DNA of 40,714 nucleotides from a virus: UHGV virus genome UHGV-2188828; one strand, given 5' to 3'. Position numbers and translations under genes: made by a program. Under the pieces are notes generated by a model. It was not told the origin of the DNA. It ran no database searches and was given only the letters and a program-made list of their open reading frames with translations. Below, one piece after another: positions 27,304 through 35,402 of the stretch (the stretch's first letter is position 1; the number at the start of each line of letters is the position of its first letter).

Positions 27304-27564
27304 ATGAAGGAAGTTATAAAAATAATTCCAGAAGATAAAAGATGTGATTTTTGCAAAAAGAGAGAAGCAGTAAAATTGTGTGACTTCCCAGTTTATTATG
27401 GCAAAAGGCTTTGTTTTAAAGGAATGACAGAAGAAGAAATAAGAAACTGGAGTAACCATGGCACTTGTGACAAGAAAATATGTGAAAAGTGTTCAACTAA
27501 GATTGATACAGAAATAGATTTTTGTCCAGATTGTATAGAGAAGTTAAAGAAGGTGATTAAGTGA
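27304..27564 (+). CDS. Cys-rich (zinc-finger-like) small protein
   Basis: CDFCKKRE...CDKKICEKC...CPDC gives four Cys pairs. Confidence 0.45.
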   Translation: MKEVIKIIPEDKRCDFCKKREAVKLCDFPVYYGKRLCFKGMTEEEIRNWSNHGTCDKKICEKCSTKIDTEIDFCPDCIEKLKKVIK

Positions 27565-28067
27565 TATTAGCAATAGATCCAGGGAATATAGAAAGTGGAA
27601 TTGTTTTAATAGATGAAGAAACGTTAAGACCAGCAATTGCAGAAAAGATAAACAATGAAGAATTGTTAGAGAATATCTACTCTGATTTCTATAAAAAATA
27701 TTACAACGTAGCAATAGAAAAGATAGCAAGCTATGGAATGCCTGTTGGAGAAACAACATTTGATACTTGTATATGGATAGGAAGATTCTATGAAGCTATA
27801 AGCAATAAGTATCCAGGAGTAGATATTGAATTTATCTATAGAAAAGATGAAAAGATAAATCTATGCCATAGCATGAAAGCTAAGGATAGCAATATAGTAC
27901 AGGCTTTGATAGATAGGTTTGCACCTAATACACCTAATAAGGGGAAAGGCACTAAGAAAGAGCCTGGATGGTTTTATGGATTTAAAAAGGATATATGGCA
28001 AGCTTATGCAGTAGGAGTTACTTACTATGATTTGTATTTGAAAGGAGATAGAGATAATGAAAGGTAG
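27561..28067 (+). CDS. RuvC-like Holliday junction resolvase (tentative)
   Basis: MILAIDPGNIESGIVLID is a RuvC/RNaseH-fold N-terminal motif. The context is a recombination module. Confidence 0.45.
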   Translation: MILAIDPGNIESGIVLIDEETLRPAIAEKINNEELLENIYSDFYKKYYNVAIEKIASYGMPVGETTFDTCIWIGRFYEAISNKYPGVDIEFIYRKDEKINLCHSMKAKDSNIVQALIDRFAPNTPNKGKGTKKEPGWFYGFKKDIWQAYAVGVTYYDLYLKGDRDNER

Positions 28068-28245
28068 CAAATATATAACTGTTAATGATGGAATTGGAGT
28101 ATCAGAGCAAAGAGAGCTATTAGACTTAACAAGAGGGCTCGTTGGAGCTATAAATAGAGAAGAGTTTCTACAAATTGTTGGAGTATACAACAAGGCAATT
28201 AATAGATTAAGAGAGCAAGCAAAGAAAGAAGGGATTGAGATATGA
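28057..28245 (+). CDS. hypothetical protein
   Basis: 62 aa. Confidence 0.35.
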   Translation: MKGSKYITVNDGIGVSEQRELLDLTRGLVGAINREEFLQIVGVYNKAINRLREQAKKEGIEI

Positions 28246-28658
28246 ATAAGGTAGTACTTATTGGAAGAATGGTTGCAGATCCAGAATTAAGATTTGCTGC
28301 AGGAAGTGGAATGGCTATAAGTAGATTTAGAGTAGCAGTAAATAGAAGAAAAAAAGAAGATGGAGCAGACTTTATAAACTGTGTTTCATTTGGTAAAACG
28401 GCTGAAACAATATCTCAATATCTTACAAAGGGTAGACAGATAGCTGTTATTGGAAGTATTAGAACAGGCAGCTATGATGCACAAGATGGAACTAAGAGAT
28501 ATACAACAGATGTTGCAGTAGAGAGCTTTGAGTTTGTAGGAAGTAATGGACAAGCTAGTAACCAAGGAAATACGCAAGAGAGCACACCTTTTGATGGTGG
28601 TTGGGACATGGGAGAAGATGTTACTCCAGCAGATGATATGGGAGATTGTCCTTTCTAG
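28242..28658 (+). CDS. ssb: single-stranded DNA-binding protein (SSB)
   Basis: MNKVVLIGRMVADPELRF...SFGKTAETISQYLTKGRQIAVIGSIRTGSYD is an OB fold, and the acidic C-terminus ends DDMGDCPF. Confidence 0.85.
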   Translation: MNKVVLIGRMVADPELRFAAGSGMAISRFRVAVNRRKKEDGADFINCVSFGKTAETISQYLTKGRQIAVIGSIRTGSYDAQDGTKRYTTDVAVESFEFVGSNGQASNQGNTQESTPFDGGWDMGEDVTPADDMGDCPF

Positions 28659-28819
28659 TATGGAGCAGATAGGATTTAACTTTATTAGATTAAAGGAAGA
28701 TTGTACAGAGTTGCATAGTAGTTTTTTATGTGGCTCTGTATGGAGCTTCATATTTGAACAGGAAAATAACTACATTATACAACTGGATGGAGTTTATTAC
28801 GGACCATTAAAAATAAATT

Positions 28820-29011
28820 GTGAGAGGATATGAGGAAATGAACGTAAATGATAAAGCTATTAAAGAAAAGATAAGAATTTATAGAGAACAAAGAGTATTA
28901 AAAGCTACAGCACTAAGAAAGCTAAAAAAAGAATTTGGAGTTAGCGACAAGGTGCTAGATGAATTTTGGATAGAAGTTAAAGAGGAAAAGAAATTACCTA
29001 AGAAAGTGTAA
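28820..29011 (+). CDS. hypothetical protein
   Basis: 63 aa. Confidence 0.35.
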   Translation: MRGYEEMNVNDKAIKEKIRIYREQRVLKATALRKLKKEFGVSDKVLDEFWIEVKEEKKLPKKV

Positions 29012-29102
29012 TAAAAGAGGCAAAAGAAAGGTTAATGTACAAGCATTAACTAGATAAGAGTTAAGATTTGAAAATTAACCTTAGAAGAAAGGAGTATTAA
29101 GA

Positions 29103-29309
29103 ATGCATTTTATAGAGGTTTTATTAGGGATAGTAGTGTTTTTAGCCATGGTAAACATTATACCATTAATACTTATAAAAAATAGCAAGGTTAAGAATTT
29201 AATAGTCGGTATAGAAGTAATATCTATAGTTTTAATACTTATATGTTTATTTTTATATATTTGTAATGCTCTTATGACTTGCATAACCATATGGTTTGGT
29301 AATTGGTAA
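29103..29309 (+). CDS. small membrane protein
   Basis: 68 aa with two hydrophobic helices, after RBS AAGGAG. Confidence 0.4.
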   Translation: MHFIEVLLGIVVFLAMVNIIPLILIKNSKVKNLIVGIEVISIVLILICLFLYICNALMTCITIWFGNW

Positions 29310-29339
29310 GTCGTAATTGCAAGAAAGGAAGATGTAAAA

Positions 29340-29645
29340 ATGAAGTTTTATGAATTTAATAAACATGAATATTATGCATTGATATTAACTATAGATGAAG
29401 AATTGGCTAAAAGAGCTTATGAGAATATCATAGCTCATTTAGAAGATGAGGAAAAAGATATTAGTCCTGATATTATAACCGAAGAACAAGCATTAGAGAG
29501 ATATAAGAAGGGTGACATAGATGGATGTGACACTGTAGAAGAAAAAATAAATGATTTTAATATATTAGTTAGAAGCTTTAAAGAATATGTAACTGAAGGC
29601 AAAGAACCATATGTGGCTTTACTTATTGACGGAGCATTATATTAA
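29340..29645 (+). CDS. hypothetical protein
   Basis: 101 aa, preceded by the conserved GCAAGAAAGGAAGATGTAAAAATG motif. Confidence 0.45.
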   Translation: MKFYEFNKHEYYALILTIDEELAKRAYENIIAHLEDEEKDISPDIITEEQALERYKKGDIDGCDTVEEKINDFNILVRSFKEYVTEGKEPYVALLIDGALY

Positions 29646-29673
29646 GTTACATTTTGTAGAAAGGGTGAGGTAA

Positions 29674-29820
29674 GTGAGTTGTAAATCAGCTAGTTTTGAC
29701 GAAGATGAAGGAAGATATTATTGTGAAGTATCAGGAAGTCAATGTATGTTTTTAATACCTAATAGTAAAAGATGTGCAGAGGAGTTTGGAGAAGGTCCAG
29801 ACGCAGATTGTAAAGAGTAA
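29674..29820 (+). CDS. small Cys-rich hypothetical protein (48 aa, GTG start)
   Basis: Preceded by TGTAGAAAGGGTGAGG. Below the track cutoff. Confidence 0.3.
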   Translation: MSCKSASFDEDEGRYYCEVSGSQCMFLIPNSKRCAEEFGEGPDADCKE

Positions 29821-29864
29821 TAATGCTAAGAAAGTACAAGCTATGTAGAAAGGAAGATACAACT

Positions 29865-30236
29865 ATGAGAAAATCACAAGTTGAAAGAATGAATAAAATA
29901 AATGAATTAATTGAAGTTATAGCCAATACAGATAGAAAGTTTTTTAGTCATAAAAACAAAGAAATTGATAAGTTTATAGAGGGGAAAACAACAGTATTTT
30001 TTTACGATTCCTATTTAGATAAAAAACTAAGTTTAACTTATAGAAATAGAAATAATTTTAGTCATGGTGGTACTCTTTGGGGATTAGTTAATGATTTTAA
30101 AGAGTGGATAATAACTGGGAAACCTTCTAATGGAGTGAATGGGTATGGTGGAGTTTATTGTCCACATTGGGGATATAGTGAAGAAGGTCAATTAAAAGTT
30201 ATAGAAAAAGCAAAAGAAATTGGATTTATAAAATAG
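29865..30236 (+). CDS. hypothetical protein
   Basis: MRKSQVERM... preceded by TGTAGAAAGGAAGATACAACT; the six-frame track ORF starts earlier at 29823. Confidence 0.45.
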   Translation: MRKSQVERMNKINELIEVIANTDRKFFSHKNKEIDKFIEGKTTVFFYDSYLDKKLSLTYRNRNNFSHGGTLWGLVNDFKEWIITGKPSNGVNGYGGVYCPHWGYSEEGQLKVIEKAKEIGFIK

Positions 30237-30277
30237 TTCTCAATACTAAGATAATGTGTAGAAAGGATGATGTAAAA

Positions 30278-30826
30278 ATGAAGAATAATTTTAAAATATA
30301 TTTAATTGGTGGAATTGGAGCAATTTTAATAATGCTTTTAGGAGTATTTATTATACAAGGGGCTAGTAATAAGGCTATAGCATTAGAAGAGCAAGTTAGT
30401 ACAGGTGAATCAGATATTAAGGTTCAAGAAAAAAGAAGAATTGATTTAATCTACAATTTAGTTGATTGTGTAAAGCAATATGACAAGCATGAGGCACAAA
30501 CTTTAAAGGATATAGTTGAAGCAAGAAATAATGGTAAAGGTGAAATTGGTGATGTAACTACAATGATTAACGCAGCAGCAGAAGCTTATCCGGAATTAAA
30601 GTCTAGTGAAAATTACAAGCAATTAATGAATGAATTATCCACTACAGAAAATCTAATAGCACAATTTAGAAGTAATTATAATAAGCAGATCAAGGAATAT
30701 AATAGATATGTTCGTAAATTTCCTATAAGACAATTTTTGTCTCTTACCGGATATGAAGTGCAAGAATATCTTTATTTAGATTACAATACTTCACAAGATG
30801 CACCTCAAGGGCTATTTGGAGAGTAG
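30278..30826 (+). CDS. LemA-family membrane protein
   Basis: An N-terminal TM (IYLIGGIGAILIMLLGVFII) then ALEEQV...EKRRIDLIYNLVDCVKQYDKHE...YPELKSSENYKQLMNELSTTENLIAQFRSNYN is a LemA-like pattern. Confidence 0.7.
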   Translation: MKNNFKIYLIGGIGAILIMLLGVFIIQGASNKAIALEEQVSTGESDIKVQEKRRIDLIYNLVDCVKQYDKHEAQTLKDIVEARNNGKGEIGDVTTMINAAAEAYPELKSSENYKQLMNELSTTENLIAQFRSNYNKQIKEYNRYVRKFPIRQFLSLTGYEVQEYLYLDYNTSQDAPQGLFGE

Positions 30827-30829
30827 GCC

Positions 30830-31570
30830 ATGTATAGGCGTTATTATAAAAGTTGGAATAGCTTTGAGATTACTAAGCGTGAAATAATCGCTAGTATCTC
30901 AATTATTGCAACAATGCTAATCATAGGAGTATTAATATCTAATGTAATATCAAATTACATCATGGATAAAAATGAGAAGTACAATAAAGCTATTCATGTT
31001 ACAGATACAGAACTGTTTCAATATGGAATAGATACTAATGTTGGAAATGCCTTTGTTTATGGGGATTTAAAAGCTATAGACACGGTTTCTCATAATGATG
31101 TTAAAGGAGAGTATCTATATTTAGAAAGAGTTAAAGAGATATATACAATGCATACCAGAACTAAGAAGGTAGGTAAATCATATGTAACAGAAACATATTG
31201 GACTTGGGATTGGGCTGGAAATGAAGAACTTAAAGCTAAGAAAGTTAATTTTTTAGGAATAGAATTTGATTTTAATAAGTTTAATCCGCCTAGCACAACG
31301 TATATAGATACAGTGAAAGAAAGTAGTCATGTTAGATATAAATATTATGGATATCCTACTGAAAGTAAAGGAACTATATTTGCAAATTTAAATAAAGAGA
31401 ATCTATTAGGCGATAGCAAGGTTGATTTCACTCAAAATAAAACTATAGAAGAGACATTAAGTGATTATGAGAATAGCTGGTTATTAATAATATTTTGGTG
31501 TATATGGATTTTTATAATAGGAATAGTTGTATACGGGTTTTATTATTTAGATAACAACTGGTTGAATTAA
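30830..31570 (+). CDS. two-TM membrane protein partner of LemA (unknown function)
   Basis: Has an N-terminal TM (IIASISIIATMLIIGVLISNVI) and a C-terminal TM (WLLIIFWCIWIFIIGIVVYGFY) around a domain of about 170 aa. It begins 4 nt after the LemA stop. Confidence 0.5.
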   Translation: MYRRYYKSWNSFEITKREIIASISIIATMLIIGVLISNVISNYIMDKNEKYNKAIHVTDTELFQYGIDTNVGNAFVYGDLKAIDTVSHNDVKGEYLYLERVKEIYTMHTRTKKVGKSYVTETYWTWDWAGNEELKAKKVNFLGIEFDFNKFNPPSTTYIDTVKESSHVRYKYYGYPTESKGTIFANLNKENLLGDSKVDFTQNKTIEETLSDYENSWLLIIFWCIWIFIIGIVVYGFYYLDNNWLN

Positions 31571-31692
31571 AAAATAATAATTCTAAGAAAAGCAGACGAG
31601 TGAAGTGGCGTCGCAAATAAAAACTTCAAAGTTTAGTAGGGGCTACTCGATAGCTCCTACATATAAGATAATAAGCAAAATTAGGAGGAAGT

Positions 31693-31875
31693 ATGAAGTT
31701 AAAAGATTTATTAGAATATATAAAAACATACAATCATATAAAACTGTCAAATTATGATGGTGAAGAATTTAGTCCTACCTATGCTGATGTGGATAGGTAT
31801 AAAGAATATTTTGTAACTGAAATTAATGCATATGATAAAAATGTGTTATTGATATCAATTAAGCCTACAGAGTAG
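31693..31875 (+). CDS. hypothetical protein
   Basis: 60 aa after RBS TAGGAGGAAG. Confidence 0.4.
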   Translation: MKLKDLLEYIKTYNHIKLSNYDGEEFSPTYADVDRYKEYFVTEINAYDKNVLLISIKPTE

Positions 31876-31903
31876 GTCACAATTCTAAGAAAGGGTGAGA
31901 TAA

Positions 31904-32113
31904 ATGAAAAATAAGAAATGGAAACGTAAAGCAAAAAGACTTATAGGGAAATGTATTAAAAATAAATTGTATGGCAGTTATGAATGTCATGTTTGTGAGT
32001 GTATAGATGAGTGTGTTTTATATTGTGATGCATGTATACCCGTTGGGTTAGGTATAAGAGAAGTAGAGAAAAGATTCAAAGAAGGGTTTAATTGGCAAGA
32101 AACGCTTGAATAG
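31904..32113 (+). CDS. Cys-rich small protein
   Basis: CHVCECIDECVLYCDACIP. Confidence 0.4.
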   Translation: MKNKKWKRKAKRLIGKCIKNKLYGSYECHVCECIDECVLYCDACIPVGLGIREVEKRFKEGFNWQETLE

Positions 32114-32128
32114 TTAGGAGGGTATAGA

Positions 32129-32569
32129 ATGGAATTTATAACAGTAGAACAATTTCAAGAACAGCCTTTAGAAGTACAGAAAGTATTTATAGATTGGTGG
32201 AATTGTGAACCTCACGATATATATGCTTGGGCTATGGATTCAAAATGTAATAAGTGGTGCATGGAAAGTTGTAGTAATCAGATTCAGGCTGATACGATAA
32301 ACAAAGGTAAAGCAGTAGATTTTTGTATCCCACTATTTACAGAAGGACAAATTAGAAGGTTTATAGAGGATAAAGCAGAGTGTATATTAGACATTACAGT
32401 TGCAGATTTAATTAGCAATTGTAGGGTTTACACTGTAATAGGATGGAGAATTAAAGAATCAGAAAACGGAGCAGAATTTGAAGAAATATTGATTGAAGAA
32501 TATGCAATAGAAAATGATTTGCTTCAATTATATTGGAAAATAGCTTGCAGGGTAGCAAAGGAGGGATAG
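32129..32569 (+). CDS. hypothetical protein
   Basis: 146 aa after RBS TAGGAGGG. Confidence 0.45.
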   Translation: MEFITVEQFQEQPLEVQKVFIDWWNCEPHDIYAWAMDSKCNKWCMESCSNQIQADTINKGKAVDFCIPLFTEGQIRRFIEDKAECILDITVADLISNCRVYTVIGWRIKESENGAEFEEILIEEYAIENDLLQLYWKIACRVAKEG

Positions 32570-32570
32570 T

Positions 32571-33041
32571 ATGGATAAAGATCTATTCAGAAGAACAGAA
32601 GGACTTTTATATGATTATAATAATTTAGTTACACAAATAGAGTTGTTAAAGCTGGATATAGAGGATATGAAAAGAGAATATGCAGGATGTGGGGCAATAG
32701 AGTATAAAGAGAAAACAGGAGGAACGAATAAATTTAATAGTAGTGTTGAAAATGAAGTTCTAGAAAAAGAAAGAATATTAAAGGCTTACAGCAGTGATTT
32801 AAGTAGAAAAATTAGGTTAAAAAGAAGAATAGATGCAGCAATAGAGAACTTAAAGCATGAAGAGAGAAAGTTGATAGAGTTAAGATATACAAATAAGAGA
32901 AAGTTAAGTTGGGAGCAAACAGCGTATATATTAAACTTTAATGAGGATTACTGTAGAAAAGAGTTAAGACCAGAGATAATAAAAAAGATGGCAGATATGA
33001 TATTTTATAATCCATATAAACAAGAAAGATTTAATGTATAA
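32571..33041 (+). CDS. ArpU-family late transcription activator (sigma-70 region-4-like)
   Basis: 156 aa MDKDLFRRTEGLLYDYNNLVTQIELLKLDIED...LIELRY fits the ArpU family pattern, and it sits directly upstream of the packaging module. Confidence 0.65.
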   Translation: MDKDLFRRTEGLLYDYNNLVTQIELLKLDIEDMKREYAGCGAIEYKEKTGGTNKFNSSVENEVLEKERILKAYSSDLSRKIRLKRRIDAAIENLKHEERKLIELRYTNKRKLSWEQTAYILNFNEDYCRKELRPEIIKKMADMIFYNPYKQERFNV

Positions 33042-33193
33042 AATTTTACCCCCGTTTTTCCCCCGAAATACCCCCGTTTCTCCCCCCTATTATTTGTGAT
33101 AATATAGTAATCGTAGAAAGCATGGACAGTTTTCATATGTCATGTGGCCTCCTTGGATTTTTAGACACCTAGTGTAAAAGCTAGGTGTAATAT

Positions 33194-33286
33194 GGAGATA
33201 TAACCCTAATTGGTAAGGGAGCAACTTGCTAAGTTGTCAGTAATCGAGTAATCGGTGTATAGGTTCAAGTCCTATTATCTCCGCCA
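33194..33286 (+). tRNA. tRNA-Ser (anticodon GCT), long variable arm, encoded CCA
   Basis: I folded it by hand. The acceptor stem is GGAGATA/TATCTCC, the D-arm CCCT-aattggta-AGGG, and the anticodon stem GCAAC/GTTGT with loop TTGCTAA. A 21-nt variable arm precedes a T-arm ATAGG-TTCAAGT-CCTAT, then G and CCA. Length 93 nt. Confidence 0.7.
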
Positions 33287-34002
33287 TAAGCCAACTATGA
33301 CCCTTATATGTTTAGTAGGTAGTATAAGGCGAGTGAAGCAATAAAAACTCTATCGACAGGCGGTAAGACCTTACCTACAGGCACGAAGCCGGATAGAATA
33401 AATCTCATAAATTCTCAATACCCTTTTATGCCAAAGGCACTTATAGGAATATAGGTGTCTTTACTTTTTATACGAAAGGATGATATATATGTTTAAATTC
33501 AATGAAATGATATCTAGTATAACTATTAATGCAACAGATAAGAAGAATCATAGAGTGCAAGGATGGTTCTTAAATTCTTTCGCTAAAGCAAATGAAAGGA
33601 GCAGAAAAAGAGATGAAGAAAATAACTAGAAAAGAATACATAGAAAGACAAAAGAAAGGTAAGGCAGTAAAGAGAACTAAAAATACTTACTGGGCAATAG
33701 AAGTTTAGCCTATAGGAGCCAGTAGAAACAAATAAGAAAGGAAGGTGTACCCCTTACACTAATTACCTTTTAATACTACTGGCTTTAAATATATAAAGAA
33801 AGGATTCTAGTAAGATAAGGTTCTTTTTTTATTGTTTTTAAGGAGGTAAAGACAGAAGTGATAGTCAAATGTATAAGTTGGCAGGAAATAGTATAGTTGT
33901 TGAAGTGATAGAAAAAATATTAAAAAAATTATTATATCAATAGTAATATTAAGAGCTCTATAAATAGGGCTCTTTTTCATTGCTTAGATTAGGGAGGTAA
34001 AA

Positions 34003-34371
34003 ATGAAGATATTTAGGTTAAAGGTTAATGCATCATCAGATGATTATAGAAAGATTAAAGAGAAGTTAGAAGAAGAATGTAATGAAAAAGTATTACTATT
34101 ATCTAAAGATATGGAATTAATAAATGATGTCTGCGGTATTAAAGAAGAGGATATAAGAATAACTGATGTACAACTTGAGGCAAATTCAATAAGTTATGAT
34201 GTTGGAATAGTAGAACATATTTTAGCAGGAACAAAAGTTAGCTTTGAATATAAAGATATAAGTGCCAATCTATTTATAAAGGGTAATAGACTATTAACCA
34301 TTAAGGAAATGAAAAGAGAAATAATTAATAGATTCTCGATACAGGAAATCAATGTTAAAGAAGATATGTAG
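34003..34371 (+). CDS. hypothetical protein
   Basis: 122 aa after RBS GGGAGG. Confidence 0.45.
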   Translation: MKIFRLKVNASSDDYRKIKEKLEEECNEKVLLLSKDMELINDVCGIKEEDIRITDVQLEANSISYDVGIVEHILAGTKVSFEYKDISANLFIKGNRLLTIKEMKREIINRFSIQEINVKEDM

Positions 34372-34723
34372 GTGTGGAAAAGTAATACCTTATAGCATGA
34401 AGAGGTGCCCTGAATGTGAAGCTAAGGCAGAAAAGGAACGCAAAGAAAATATAAGATATTATAAGCAAACCACCTATGATAGAGATAGCAAGTACAATAA
34501 GTTTTATAAAAGTAAGGAATGGATTAAAGGAAGACAACTAGCAATAGTAAGAGATCATGCACTATGTAGAGATTGTTTAGATAAAGATGTAATAACTCCA
34601 TATAACACAGTACACCACATAGTACCAATCAAAGAAGATTGGAGTAAAAGGTTAGATATAGATAACCTTATTTGTTTATGTGAGAGTTGCCACCAAAAGA
34701 GGCATAAAAGCATGAAGAGGTAG
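34352..34723 (+). CDS. HNH endonuclease (packaging-associated)
   Basis: CRCGKVIPYSMKRCPEC...HHIVPIKEDW...NLICLCESCHQKRH is an HNH with zinc-binding Cys pairs, directly upstream of terS. Confidence 0.8.
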   Translation: MLKKICRCGKVIPYSMKRCPECEAKAEKERKENIRYYKQTTYDRDSKYNKFYKSKEWIKGRQLAIVRDHALCRDCLDKDVITPYNTVHHIVPIKEDWSKRLDIDNLICLCESCHQKRHKSMKR

Positions 34724-34830
34724 GGGGGATACGAAAAGTATTGAACTTTCAGACGAAGAGTGCGAGTGGTCTGTTTTCTCGCAAAAACTCCCTTTATAAT
34801 ATTTTTTTAGGTTTGGAAGGAGGTAAGGTC

Positions 34831-35400
34831 ATGGGTAGAAATGCTCAACCAGTAGATTTATTAGTGGCTAAAGGCAAGAAACACTTGACTAAGGCCGAAA
34901 TAGAATCTAGAAAAGAAAATGAAATTAAGTTAGGAAATAAAAAAATAATCTGTCCTGGATTTGTAAAAAATGATACAGAAGCATATAAAAAGTGGAAAGA
35001 AATATTGAAAATTTATAAAGATTTTGATTTTGTTTCATCAGGTGATGTTGGATTACTAGCAAGGTATTGTAAAACATTTAGTGAGTATCAAGAATTATTA
35101 AAAGCATATCAGAGAGTGAAAGAAATTCATTATGATTCTTTAGAGCTTGAGGACTACTTAGAAGAATTTGATGAAGAAGGAAAAGCAAGGTTTGGCTATA
35201 AAATAAAAAAACAGCTAAGAGATATAATTTCTGTTAGTGGAATACTCTCCATAGAAACTGCTATTAATAAGAAAATGGATATGCTTATTAAGATGGAAGA
35301 TAGACTATTCTTAAATCCTTTAGCAAAAATAAAGAATGTTCCTAAGTCAACAAAAGATGATGATCCACCAAAAAGTAAGTGGTCTAATTTTGGAGGCTAA
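34831..35400 (+). CDS. terminase small subunit, P27 family
   Basis: MGRNAQPVDLLVAKGKKHLTKAEIESRKENE is a typical P27-family N-terminus. RBS GGAAGGAGG is 7 nt upstream, and the track ORF starts earlier at 34741. Confidence 0.75.
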   Translation: MGRNAQPVDLLVAKGKKHLTKAEIESRKENEIKLGNKKIICPGFVKNDTEAYKKWKEILKIYKDFDFVSSGDVGLLARYCKTFSEYQELLKAYQRVKEIHYDSLELEDYLEEFDEEGKARFGYKIKKQLRDIISVSGILSIETAINKKMDMLIKMEDRLFLNPLAKIKNVPKSTKDDDPPKSKWSNFGG

Positions 35401-35402
35401 GA

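Noticed and set aside
28660-28833. 58-aa ORF immediately after ssb
   Set aside because: It has no convincing RBS and low-complexity sequence, and it is the tail of an out-of-frame ORF overlapping ssb, so support is insufficient.
33049-33087. Possible CRISPR-like repeat array (regularly spaced C5 repeats)
   Set aside because: The repeat unit is only 5 to 6 nt with 6-nt spacers, far below CRISPR repeat and spacer sizes, and there are no cas genes. It is interpreted instead as a G4/i-motif or phased protein-binding tract.
33287-33480. A second tRNA or tmRNA downstream of tRNA-Ser
   Set aside because: There are local hairpins and elevated GC, but I could not fold a complete cloverleaf by hand. 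It is left as an unassigned, possibly structured region pending a covariance-model search.
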